Assembly: GCA_004283055.1 (NCBI GenBank)
Contig: SHLP01000008.1
Span: 668-64,667 of the forward strand
DNA from: Deltaproteobacteria bacterium
GTDB taxonomy: Bacteria; Myxococcota_A; Polyangia; Polyangiales; Houyiibacteriaceae
Length of the DNA: 64,000 bases
Direction: 5' to 3'
In this document: positions 9,153 through 18,194 of the stretch, piece after piece
Layout of the letters: every line of letters begins with the position of its first letter
How positions within the stretch are numbered: position 1 is the stretch's first letter
Made by a program: the position numbers and the translations under genes
Notes under the pieces: model-generated
Databases searched by the model: none
What the model saw: the letters and a program-made list of their open reading frames with translations, nothing else
Told to the model about the DNA's origin: nothing

Positions 9153-10787
9153 ATGAGCACTCTTGGAGGGCTGGATTGGGTCGTCATCGCTTTGTACTTC
9201 GTCACCGTTTTCGGGGTCGCGGCGTGGGCGACGATCTCGGAGCGGCGGGAGCAGACGAGCTCGGCAGACTACTTCCTCGCCGGTCGCAACGTCGGCTGGT
9301 TCGTCATCGGCGCCTCGCTCTTCGCTTCGAACATCGGTTCCGAGCATCTGGTGGGGCTCGCCGGTACGGGCGCCGCGAGCGGTGTCGCGGTGGGGCAGTT
9401 CGAGATCCTCGCGTCGCTCATCCTGCTTGTGCTGGGCTGGGTCTTCGTCCCATTCTACCTTCGGAGCGGCGTCTTCACGATGCCGGAGTTCCTCGAGCGC
9501 CGGTATTCGCCAGCGGCGCGCTGGTACCTCGCGGTGATCTCGATCGTCGGGTACGTGCTGACCAAAATCTCGGTGACGATTGCCGCGGGGGGCATCGTCT
9601 TCGAGTCCCTGATGGGCATCGACTTCTGGACAGGCGCCCTCGTCGTCGTCGTCGCGACGGGGATCTACACGGTGTTGGGCGGGCTCCGAGCCGTCCTCTA
9701 CACGGACCTGCTCCAGATGTTCGTCCTGGTTGGCGGAGCGGTCGCAGTGACCTTCATTGGGCTTGGCGAGCTTGGGGGCTGGGGCGTGATGGTCGAAGAG
9801 GCCGGGCCGGGGTTCATGTCCGTCTGGAAGCCGCTCTCCGATCCGGACTTCCCGTGGACAGGAATCCTCTTCGGCGCCCCGATTCTGGGCGTCTGGTACT
9901 GGTGCACCGACCAATTCATCGTTCAGCGCGTGCTGTCGGCGGCGGATGAGGACAACGCGCGACGAGGAACGATCTTCGGTGGGCTCCTCAAGCTGCTGCC
10001 GCTCTTCATCTTCGTAGTGCCTGGCGTCGTCGCCCACGCGCTCGCATCCCGCGGCGAGATCAGCCTCGACAGCCCCGACCAGGCGCTGCCAGTCCTCATC
10101 GGCGCGCTGCTGCCGCTGGGCATCCGGGGGCTGGTGGTCGCAGGCCTTCTTGCAGCCCTGATGAGCTCGCTGTCGTCGGTCTTCAACTCCTGTTCGACTC
10201 TGTTCACCCGGGACATCTATCTCAAGCTCCGCCCGGACGCGTCAGAGGCGCGGCAGGTGAGGGTGGGTCAGACGGCGACCGCCGTGCTCGTCGGGCTCGG
10301 CCTGCTCTGGATCCCGATGATGCAGTTCATTTCCGGGCAGCTCTACCAGTACCTCCAGAGCGTCCAAGCCTACATCTCGCCGCCGATCGCCGCCGTGTTT
10401 CTCGTCGGCATCCTCTGGCGCCGGGCGAACGCCGCCGGCGCCATCGCGGCCCTCGCAACGGGATTCGTTTTCGGGACCCTCCGCCTCGTCGCCGAGCTCA
10501 CCAAAGAGACCCAGACGGGGTTTCCCCTTGCGTATGCGGAGATCAACTTCCTCCACTTCGCGGCGTTGCTTTTTCTCGTCTGCAGCGGCGTCCTCGTCGG
10601 CGTCTCCCTGCTGACTCGGGCGCCCGACGCCGATAAGCTGGAGGGCCTCACATTTGCGACCACCGCGCCGTCGGGAGACGGGCCGCCTTCACGGTGGCGA
10701 ACCCGGGATCGATGGGCCTCGGTGCTCCTCGTCGTGCTGGTCGGGTTGGTATGGTGCTACTTCAGCCCGTGGGTTCAGGCTCGATGA
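9153..10787 (+). CDS. sodium:solute symporter (SSF/SGLT family)
   Basis: 544 aa and polytopic. SADYFLAGRNVGWFVIGASLFASNIGSEHLVGLAG is the canonical SSF N-terminal signature. Confidence 0.9.
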   Translation: MSTLGGLDWVVIALYFVTVFGVAAWATISERREQTSSADYFLAGRNVGWFVIGASLFASNIGSEHLVGLAGTGAASGVAVGQFEILASLILLVLGWVFVPFYLRSGVFTMPEFLERRYSPAARWYLAVISIVGYVLTKISVTIAAGGIVFESLMGIDFWTGALVVVVATGIYTVLGGLRAVLYTDLLQMFVLVGGAVAVTFIGLGELGGWGVMVEEAGPGFMSVWKPLSDPDFPWTGILFGAPILGVWYWCTDQFIVQRVLSAADEDNARRGTIFGGLLKLLPLFIFVVPGVVAHALASRGEISLDSPDQALPVLIGALLPLGIRGLVVAGLLAALMSSLSSVFNSCSTLFTRDIYLKLRPDASEARQVRVGQTATAVLVGLGLLWIPMMQFISGQLYQYLQSVQAYISPPIAAVFLVGILWRRANAAGAIAALATGFVFGTLRLVAELTKETQTGFPLAYAEINFLHFAALLFLVCSGVLVGVSLLTRAPDADKLEGLTFATTAPSGDGPPSRWRTRDRWASVLLVVLVGLVWCYFSPWVQAR

Positions 10788-12411
10788 GCAGCGTCTGAAG
10801 CGAGCCGGCGGGGCTCGTGACGGTCGCCTCCTGCTCTCCGATCCGAACGAGGTAGGCCACATCCGCATCGCCCTCGTTGAACACATGAAGGGCGATGGTT
10901 CCGTCCGGGTTCCGAATCGCCGACGTCTGAAGACCGAGCGAGCCCTCGACGCTCGTCTCGAGGACTACTCCGCCGGGGCGGCTGTGGCGCGAGATCTGCT
11001 TCACGATGTAGAAGAGAGGCGTGTAGTAGACGCTGTCCGTCTCCCCATCGACCATCACCGGCGCGAGGCAGAAGTTGTTGACGTGGTTCGGTCCGCCGCG
11101 CTTGTCGAGGACGATGTTCCAGTCGATCCAGCCCGCGAGCCAGTGGCCCATGCCGACGACGAGGTCCCGGGCGTAGCGAAAGGCCGGAGCGTACTTCGGG
11201 TGGTCAACCTCGCGATTCGGGGCCCAGTCCCATCCCCAGTCGGTAGCCTCTTTCTCCCAATACCAAGCGTCGTCCTGCCACCAAGCGTACAGCTCTTCGC
11301 AGCCGCACGGTGGCATCAGGCACTGCTGATTGCAGGATGCCTCCGCCGAGACGCTGTCGATGGTGCCCTCGGTGTGAATGATGACCTTGTCCGGGTAGAG
11401 CTCGTGCTGTGCGTCGAGCACATCCTCGTAGACCCGGAAGGTGCTGTTGTACCAGTGGACGGCGGTGCCGTACGCAAAGGGAGACGCGACCTCGTCGCCG
11501 AAGATGACCTGCGTGTAGGCGGGCATCTCAGCGCGGTTTTGGTCGAAGATGAGAATGGGCTTTTCGAGCTCGGCCTCTTTTAGGCGGGGCCCGAGCACGC
11601 GGATGAAGTCTCGCTGCTCCGTCGGGGACATCTCCATGCTCTCCCAATTGCCGCCGTTGCCCATGGGCTCGTTGACCGGGGTGAGGGCCCAGATATCCAC
11701 GCCGGCCTCTTGGTACGCCTGGAGGTAGGCGACGAAATAGCGCGCGAAAGTGTCGTAGTGCTCCGCGAGGAGCCTACCCCCGCGGCCTGGCTCGTAGTAC
11801 TGGCCGTTGTCCTTCATCCAGGGCGGCGCGGTCCAGGGCGACGCCACGATCTGAAACGAGGCTCCGGGCACGGCCTGCGCGTCGGTGATCAGCTGAAGGA
11901 GGCCGTTCTGCCGGTCCTCATCGATCGAGAACCCAGCGAGGCTCGGGTCGGCGTCGGGGGCGTAGCTGTAGCTGTACTCGGAGAAGTCCGAGCTTCCGAC
12001 ATGCGTACGGGAGAGCGCGTAGCCCGCTCCGTCCGGCCCGAAATACGCAGCGAGCACCTCGGCCCGCTTCTCCTCCGAAAGCTTGCTGAGGGCTGCGGCC
12101 GACGCCTGGGTCAGGGACCCCCCGACCCCGAGAAACACCTGCCGCTCCCGGTTGGGGAACACATTGATCGCGGTCGTTGCCGGAGCCGATTCCGCGCTAG
12201 GCGCGACCAGCGAGACAGCTCCGGTCTCCCGCATCGAATCGCCCGCGCGCGAGGTCAGAAACACCCGTGCCCGTCGCACTTCAACCAAGTCTGGTGGCGC
12301 CGCCGCGGGCCCAGGCGTCCCCTTTCCGCACGCGGCGAGCCATGCGGCTCCAACGAATAGTGCGACTCCGACGAGGCGCGAGGGCGCCGCGGATCTTCGG
12401 ACGATGTTCAT
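10762..12411 (-). CDS. glycoside hydrolase family 30 (glucosylceramidase-like), secreted lipoprotein
   Basis: Signal plus lipobox (LAAC). GH30-type blocks are QVFLGVGGSLTQASA, SRTHVGSSDF, IWALTPVNEP and HWYNS. The 3' end overlaps the convergent symporter gene by 26 nt. Confidence 0.8.
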   Translation of the reverse strand: MNIVRRSAAPSRLVGVALFVGAAWLAACGKGTPGPAAAPPDLVEVRRARVFLTSRAGDSMRETGAVSLVAPSAESAPATTAINVFPNRERQVFLGVGGSLTQASAAALSKLSEEKRAEVLAAYFGPDGAGYALSRTHVGSSDFSEYSYSYAPDADPSLAGFSIDEDRQNGLLQLITDAQAVPGASFQIVASPWTAPPWMKDNGQYYEPGRGGRLLAEHYDTFARYFVAYLQAYQEAGVDIWALTPVNEPMGNGGNWESMEMSPTEQRDFIRVLGPRLKEAELEKPILIFDQNRAEMPAYTQVIFGDEVASPFAYGTAVHWYNSTFRVYEDVLDAQHELYPDKVIIHTEGTIDSVSAEASCNQQCLMPPCGCEELYAWWQDDAWYWEKEATDWGWDWAPNREVDHPKYAPAFRYARDLVVGMGHWLAGWIDWNIVLDKRGGPNHVNNFCLAPVMVDGETDSVYYTPLFYIVKQISRHSRPGGVVLETSVEGSLGLQTSAIRNPDGTIALHVFNEGDADVAYLVRIGEQEATVTSPAGSLQTLLIEPEPTG

Positions 12412-12617
12412 GGGCGGATTTCTACCACGCAGCGAGGCTCGCGCCTGGCGGCATCACGGAGGTGCGGCCGCACAGCGCGTCCGAGCGAAGAACCATGGTT
12501 CCGCGCTCGCAAGTGCATGAAAATACGTAGTTGTTCGACAAACGTGATCTAAGTTTCGCCGGCAGGGTCCAGGCCCTTGCGCTTTTCGAGACCACATGGT
12601 CCTCTTTATGAACCACT

Positions 12618-13664
12618 ATGCGCAGGCTCGACTCCAAAAAGTCGGCCGTCATTGATTTGGTCGAGGCGGCCTACGGTTTGCCGGCGGATGAGTCGGCATG
12701 GTTGGAACGGGTCTTGGAAGCTGCGCTGCCGGTGATGGGAGACGCCGTCTTCGCTTCCGGCATCATCTACAGCCGCCCAGCTGGCGCTCGGCGAGCTCGA
12801 GTAGAAACCTGGAAACACGTCGGCGCGCTCGGACATATGGAATGCGCGGCTCGTGAATACGCCAACAAGGCGTCCCGGGACGTCGAGTGCTTGTGGCTGC
12901 GCGCCGGCACGGCGAACACCTTGTCGCAAATCTCACCAGGGTCTCGTCGGCTTTGCCAGAGCTTTGCAGCGGAAACGGGTATCGCCTCGGACGCGCTTCT
13001 ACTCAATGCTCTCGAACCGGACGGCTGCGGCGCATGCGTCGCGATTTTCCTTCCCGTCGAAACATGCTTGACGCACTGTGCGGGCGAGCGCTGGAGGAAG
13101 CTCGGCGCGCACTTGAACGCGGGGCATCGACTTTGGCGAGCGATTGCATCGATGGACGGCGATTGCACGCCGCTTCCTTGCGGAGCCGAGGCAGTGATCG
13201 ATCCGAGCACGTTTCGAGTCATCGACGCGTCGGGCTGCAGTGAAGATTCGAGTCTGCTGGAGAACCTTCGCGACTCTGCGCGCCGAATCGACCGGGCTCG
13301 GGGCCGACTGCGAAAGACTGACTCCGATGAAGCGCTCGACACCTGGTGGGCTCTGGTTCGGGGACGATGGACGATGCTAGATTGGTTCGATTCGGACGGC
13401 CGCCGCTTCGTGCTCGGCATTCGCAACGCGCCTGAGCTCGGCGACCCCCGCGGCCTCACCGAGCGAGAGCACCAGGTCGCGACCTACGCGGCTCGCGGCG
13501 AGAGCGGCAAAATGATTGGCTACCGACTGGGCATCTCGAAGGCAACCGTCTCGAACGCGCTCGATGGCGCCATGCACAAGCTTCACGTGAAGACGAAGCC
13601 CCAGCTCGCCGAGAAGATGCGGGGCTTCGCCCGGGAGCTCAGAGACCCGGCGGACGGCAATTAA
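12618..13664 (+). CDS. LuxR-family transcriptional regulator (unassigned N-terminal domain plus C-terminal HTH)
   Basis: The C-terminus, LTEREHQVATYAARGESGKMIGYRLGISKATVSNALDGAMHKLHV, is a classic LuxR/GerE HTH. No receiver domain is recognisable. Confidence 0.8.
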   Translation: MRRLDSKKSAVIDLVEAAYGLPADESAWLERVLEAALPVMGDAVFASGIIYSRPAGARRARVETWKHVGALGHMECAAREYANKASRDVECLWLRAGTANTLSQISPGSRRLCQSFAAETGIASDALLLNALEPDGCGACVAIFLPVETCLTHCAGERWRKLGAHLNAGHRLWRAIASMDGDCTPLPCGAEAVIDPSTFRVIDASGCSEDSSLLENLRDSARRIDRARGRLRKTDSDEALDTWWALVRGRWTMLDWFDSDGRRFVLGIRNAPELGDPRGLTEREHQVATYAARGESGKMIGYRLGISKATVSNALDGAMHKLHVKTKPQLAEKMRGFARELRDPADGN

Positions 13665-14143
13665 AGGTCTGTCGCGATGCTCGAAAGCGCGTCGACCCGA
13701 ACGCTGGCACCGGCGCGAAGCGCTTCTGGATCTCCCGCAAGATCTTTAGGCCCCACCTTGAGCACGAACGCATCGGCCTTCATGTACCCGTAGACGGGCA
13801 AGCTGCGGTCGAACAGGCCGAAGAAGCGATTCTCGGAGCCCTCGAGCGCTTCGAGTCGAAAGCTCGTGATCACCTGCTGCTGCACGATGGCGACCTGCTG
13901 CGCGGTCAGGTCCGGGTGGTCGTACTTTGAAATCTGAATGAAGGCGTCCGCCTCCGGCATCGGAATACCTCCCGGCGTGTACATGTGGTTCTCGACCTTG
14001 TTCACCTCGTTGTCATCGGCGTGCAGGTACGTTTCGCCCATGAAGACGATGGGCGCGTAGCGGCTGGTGGAGAACTGGCTGTACGCGAGAAGGCCGCCCA
14101 AGACGAGCGCGACGACCAGGAGGTAGACCTTGCTTCTGTCCAT
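13661..14143 (-). CDS. hypothetical membrane-anchored protein (160 aa)
   Basis: One N-terminal TM helix (VYLLVVALVLGGLLAY) followed by a soluble domain with ordinary composition. No family recognised. Confidence 0.55.
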   Translation of the reverse strand: MDRSKVYLLVVALVLGGLLAYSQFSTSRYAPIVFMGETYLHADDNEVNKVENHMYTPGGIPMPEADAFIQISKYDHPDLTAQQVAIVQQQVITSFRLEALEGSENRFFGLFDRSLPVYGYMKADAFVLKVGPKDLAGDPEALRAGASVRVDALSSIATDL

Positions 14144-14204
14144 CGCGCCACCCTAGGCAAGCCGGCGCCCGAAGGGAAGTTACCCGCGGATATTCCTGGC
14201 GTAG

Positions 14205-15848
14205 CTACTCCGCCACCAAGACCGGCACGCCCGGTGTGCAGCCACCGATCGAGAAATCCGGCCCGACATTCTCGTAGCCATATCGCGGCCACAGGAACCG
14301 CGCATCGTCGGTGATCAGCGGTGAGTTGTACGCATCGTTGAAGAGGCGATTCGGGTCTCCGCCCTGACCGTCCCAGTCGGTGCACCAGACACCCGTCGCT
14401 TCATCCAGGCCTACGTAGAACGAGCTCGCTGGATCGTCGGTCGAGTATAGGGCCTCGATCTGCCCGTCCGAGGCATTGAGCAAGCGGGTGACGTTCTCGG
14501 TGAAGCCGCCCACACCGCCCAGTCGGTTGATCGTGATGGTCCGGCGCGCGCCCAGTGCTTCGAGCGGCGTCACGCGCAGCGGATCGGCCCAGCCGCCGAC
14601 CGACACGAATCCGCTGCTGAGCGGCACTCCGGGGCTGAATCCGGGCTCGGCGGGCGACGAGGACAGCACCTCCCGCCAGCTCGCGGAGCCGAGCGGCACG
14701 AATTGATCACTGCTCAGATCGGTGAATCGGCGATCGAGATTTCGGTCCATGCGGCGAAGCTCGCGCGCTCGTCCCCAGTAGCCGACGCCGATGTCGTCGA
14801 AGTTGGGCACGAACTCGATCGGTTCGGCCGCGATCCAGGCCGCACGGGCTTCTTCCCATGCGTCGATCGCGCCGCCGGTGAGCACGCCGGTGACTCCAAA
14901 GGACGGCATGTACCCGCCCACCGGGTCATCGGCGCGATTGCGTCCACCGAGCTCCGCGAACGCTTCGCGGTAGGCATTGAACAAGTCGGAGAACGTCTCC
15001 CCGCAGGTTCGCCCCTCCGTGCCAGGAAGCGCTGCGACCTCTTCCCAGGTCAAGCCTATCCCGGGCCTAGCACAAGCGTCGAGCCAGGCCGAAATGCCCC
15101 CGCGATCGGATGGCCCGTAGCCCGCGTAGAACGAGCCGTACACACCTACCAAGGTGGCGAACGCATCGAAGTTGATCACCGACGTCCTCAGGAACACCCT
15201 CGGATCATCGACGATGAACTGGAGCCCCTTCTGCAGGCCGTCGATGATGTCCGTTGCGTGGAACACGGGGTCGGGGGAGTTTGCAAACAGCTCGAACAAC
15301 TCGGGGTTGATCAGCGGCCCCAGGTCTCTCAGAAGTCGAATCAGGGCATCGACGCCCTCCTCCGGAACGGGTCCTTGGAGCAGCTCGACGATACCCCCAG
15401 CCTGTATGCCTTCGAGCAGCGCAGCGATCGTCGCCGCATCCTCGAACAGGCCCGTGTCGACCAGACCCACGACCGACTTGAGCATCAGTGACATGCGGGC
15501 ATCGCGCGCGCGGATGCCGCAGGGCCCCCGGCGGCAGTTGTGCACGTCAGGGCTTGCCCAAATGCTCTCGACGAAGAACGCCGTGATGCTGCCCGAGCTG
15601 CCCCCAGCCGCGCACTTGATCGCGCCGTATTCCTCGACGTGGCGCGCGAGGCTCCCGTAGTGGGCAAATAGGTTCTGCCCGTTCCCCCGAATTCCCGCGC
15701 AAGTCGTCAACGCAGCGATAGGCCGGCGCGGCGTGTACTGAGCGTGGCTATAGCCGTCACTCTGGGCACTGACCGGCGCCACACTCGCCCATGACGTCAT
15801 CGCAATGCCAACTGCAAACAAGGCCAGCCTGAATCTCCTCATCACCAC
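14205..15848 (-). CDS. secreted patatin-like phospholipase domain protein (putative)
   Basis: N-terminal signal peptide (LALFAVGIAMTSWASVAPVSA). An oxyanion-type GIRGNG lies about 27 aa before GGSSG (GxSxG), the same spacing as in patatin domains. The catalytic Asp is not confidently located. Confidence 0.55.
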   Translation of the reverse strand: MVMRRFRLALFAVGIAMTSWASVAPVSAQSDGYSHAQYTPRRPIAALTTCAGIRGNGQNLFAHYGSLARHVEEYGAIKCAAGGSSGSITAFFVESIWASPDVHNCRRGPCGIRARDARMSLMLKSVVGLVDTGLFEDAATIAALLEGIQAGGIVELLQGPVPEEGVDALIRLLRDLGPLINPELFELFANSPDPVFHATDIIDGLQKGLQFIVDDPRVFLRTSVINFDAFATLVGVYGSFYAGYGPSDRGGISAWLDACARPGIGLTWEEVAALPGTEGRTCGETFSDLFNAYREAFAELGGRNRADDPVGGYMPSFGVTGVLTGGAIDAWEEARAAWIAAEPIEFVPNFDDIGVGYWGRARELRRMDRNLDRRFTDLSSDQFVPLGSASWREVLSSSPAEPGFSPGVPLSSGFVSVGGWADPLRVTPLEALGARRTITINRLGGVGGFTENVTRLLNASDGQIEALYSTDDPASSFYVGLDEATGVWCTDWDGQGGDPNRLFNDAYNSPLITDDARFLWPRYGYENVGPDFSIGGCTPGVPVLVAE

Positions 15849-16059
15849 TCCTCTTTCATCGGGGCACTCTCCGGGTACACAACTCTCGGAACATACACCG
15901 AATTGGAGCGAAGCACGCGCCGGAATCAGGAAACGCGATCGGGCTCGCCGCCCCTGCTCACCCGTCCTCTATCGGCGTCGATACGTGTTTGCCAGGCCGC
16001 TCTACGGTTCCAACTTGCCGGCCAACTGATATAGTCCCCGCCTGAAACAAGGGATCACG

Positions 16060-16611
16060 ATGTATCGGAGAACATTCACGCGGCTGTCCCTCTTGTCTGG
16101 CGGCGCATTGATTTGGCCTGCCTGCCGGAGCGACCCGTCTGGCGCCGTCGGGACGACGGGGCTCATGTCGACCGACGAGCGGAAGACCGTGGAACGTTTC
16201 GCCGAGGTCTATCTGACGACGGACGGCACCAAGCTCAAGCCGCTATCCGAGGTTTCCTACGTCGACAACATCGACCGGAGGCTGTCGCTGTTCGACGCTC
16301 AGACGCTCGAAGAGGTGCGGCTCGCGCTGAAGCTCTTCAATTACGGTTCGATCCCGGTCGGCCTCAACTTCCGGACTTTCGTCCATCTCGATGCGGCAGC
16401 GCGCATCGACTACATCGCCCGGCTCGACGACGGGATCGCGATCCAGCGCGGCCTGTCCGCGCTCATGAAGAACCTGGTGATCAACGGGTACTGGCAGGAC
16501 ATCGAAGCGGGTCGAGCCGTTGGCTATCAGGGTCCGATCTCCGAGGAGGCGAAGATCCCGAGCCTAGGCAACGCGCCGTTGAGCCACGCTCCACCACCGA
16601 GGGCAGGGTGA
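16060..16611 (+). CDS. gluconate 2-dehydrogenase subunit 3-like small subunit
   Basis: 183 aa with an N-terminal export-type signal. It lies 4 nt upstream of a GMC oxidoreductase, and its C-terminal NGYWQD/GYQG region resembles this small-subunit family. Confidence 0.6.
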   Translation: MYRRTFTRLSLLSGGALIWPACRSDPSGAVGTTGLMSTDERKTVERFAEVYLTTDGTKLKPLSEVSYVDNIDRRLSLFDAQTLEEVRLALKLFNYGSIPVGLNFRTFVHLDAAARIDYIARLDDGIAIQRGLSALMKNLVINGYWQDIEAGRAVGYQGPISEEAKIPSLGNAPLSHAPPPRAG

Positions 16612-16615
16612 AGCC

Positions 16616-18169
16616 ATGAGCGCCCCACGGACGGCGCGGGAAACACTCCCGGTGCTCGAGGTTCTCGAGCCGGACATGATGCCCAAGGCCGGGTTGAAGC
16701 TCGATGCAGACGTGGTCGTCATCGGCTCTGGCGCGAGCGGCGCCGTCATGGCCTACGAGTTGACGCGCGCGGGGGCCAAGGTCGTCGTGCTCGAGGCTGG
16801 CCCTCATTACCCGTCCCGCGAGTTCACCGAGCACCTCACGACGACGGTGGAGACCATTTACGCAGACAGCGGCGACCAGCTGAACAAGACTGGAGATCTT
16901 TCGGTTCTGCAGGGGACCTGCGTGGGGGGGTCTACCGTCGTCAATGGCGCCATCTGCTTTCGGACGCCCGACAAAGTGCTCGAGAGCTGGGGCCGGGAGC
17001 ACGGGCTCGACAACCTCGTGCCGGACGCGCTGTCGCCGTACTTCGACCGGGTCGAGCGGAGCCTTGGAGTTCACGTCAACGAGCCGCACGAGGTCAACCT
17101 GAACGGTCGTTTGTTGATGGAAGGCGCCAAGGAGCTGGGCATCCATGCCGCCCCGGTGGCCAGGAACATTCGCCACTGCGCGCTCACCGGCCATTGCGGA
17201 GCAGGCTGCAAAACCGACCGCAAGCAATCGATGTTGGTGACTTACCTTCCGTGGGCGAGTCATCATGGGGCGAGGATTCTTAGCGGCACTCGAGCAGAAA
17301 CCATCCAGATGCAAGGAAAGCGAGCGACCGGCGTCCACGCCGTCGCCACCGACAGCCAAGGGCGACAAAGGCCGGTCGAAGTCCGAGCCGGGACCGTCGT
17401 CGTCGCCGCGGGCGCCGTGCAAACTCCGCTGCTCTTTCAAAAGAATCGACTGGCCAACAGCAGCGGGCTCGTGGGCCACAACTTCGCCTGTCATCCATCG
17501 GTCTTCATGCTGGGGGAGCATGAGCAGGACGTCTTTGCTTGGGTTGGTGCAACCTGCAGCTCCTACGCGGGCGACATCGACAACCCGCTCGACAGCGGAT
17601 ACCTCCTCGAAGCGCTCATGATCGGCCCGCAGACCGTCGTCGCCGCGACCGAAGGCGGGACCGGCGAAGACCAGGTTCGCTTCTCCGAAAACGTCAAGAA
17701 GTATCAATCCCTCATTACGCTGATCCACGACCACAACGTCGGCCGGGTGTACTGGGAAGGAAATCGAAAGCGGATTGACTACGACCTCGACGATCGGGAC
17801 TTCGTGTCGATGCAGAAAGCCTTCAAGGCTGCGTCGCGCGTCTTCTTTGCAGCCGGCGCCAAGCGGGTGTTCATGCCGACCAACCGACGCATGACCATCG
17901 AACGCGTGGACCAAATTGATTCGACGATCGACGCACTGACAAACGAGTCTCAATTTTATCGGCTTTTTTCCTACCATCCGCAGGGCACGATGCGGATGGG
18001 CCGTGACCCCGGCCAGAGCGTCGTAGCGCCGAACGGCCTCTGTCACGACCTCGACAACGTGTACGTCACCGACGCGAGCGTTTTCCCGACGAGCCTACTC
18101 GTGAACCCTCAGATGACGGTCTATGCGCTTTCGAACTACCTTGCGGACGGCATGATCGCTCGCGGTTGA
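16616..18169 (+). CDS. GMC-family FAD-dependent oxidoreductase
   Basis: DVVVIGSGASGAVMAYELTRAGAKVVVLEAG Rossmann motif. The C-terminal block HPQGTMRMG...VTDASVFPTS is typical of GMC enzymes. Confidence 0.85.
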   Translation: MSAPRTARETLPVLEVLEPDMMPKAGLKLDADVVVIGSGASGAVMAYELTRAGAKVVVLEAGPHYPSREFTEHLTTTVETIYADSGDQLNKTGDLSVLQGTCVGGSTVVNGAICFRTPDKVLESWGREHGLDNLVPDALSPYFDRVERSLGVHVNEPHEVNLNGRLLMEGAKELGIHAAPVARNIRHCALTGHCGAGCKTDRKQSMLVTYLPWASHHGARILSGTRAETIQMQGKRATGVHAVATDSQGRQRPVEVRAGTVVVAAGAVQTPLLFQKNRLANSSGLVGHNFACHPSVFMLGEHEQDVFAWVGATCSSYAGDIDNPLDSGYLLEALMIGPQTVVAATEGGTGEDQVRFSENVKKYQSLITLIHDHNVGRVYWEGNRKRIDYDLDDRDFVSMQKAFKAASRVFFAAGAKRVFMPTNRRMTIERVDQIDSTIDALTNESQFYRLFSYHPQGTMRMGRDPGQSVVAPNGLCHDLDNVYVTDASVFPTSLLVNPQMTVYALSNYLADGMIARG

Positions 18170-18194
18170 GGCGACTGCGGACTCCATGCGCGCG

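Noticed and set aside
8778-10037. Long antisense ORFs opposite well-supported genes. Examples are 8778..10037 (419 aa), 6863..8167 (434 aa), 16481..18046 (521 aa), 21882..23063 (393 aa), 28194..29486 (430 aa), 30588..31787 (399 aa) and 40015..40956 (313 aa).
   Set aside because: All have extreme Arg/Pro/Gly/Asp composition and no recognisable motifs, as expected for stop-poor off-frames in high-GC DNA. In each case the opposite strand encodes a protein with clear family signatures.
12490-12501. Perfect 12-bp palindrome GAACCATGGTTC and a similar imperfect GACCACATGGTC (about 12586-12597), considered as a LuxR-type operator pair.
   Set aside because: The two sites differ in half-site spacing, each occurs only once, and lux-box-like length and symmetry are not met. 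The palindrome is mentioned in the GH30/LuxR finding but is not annotated as a feature.
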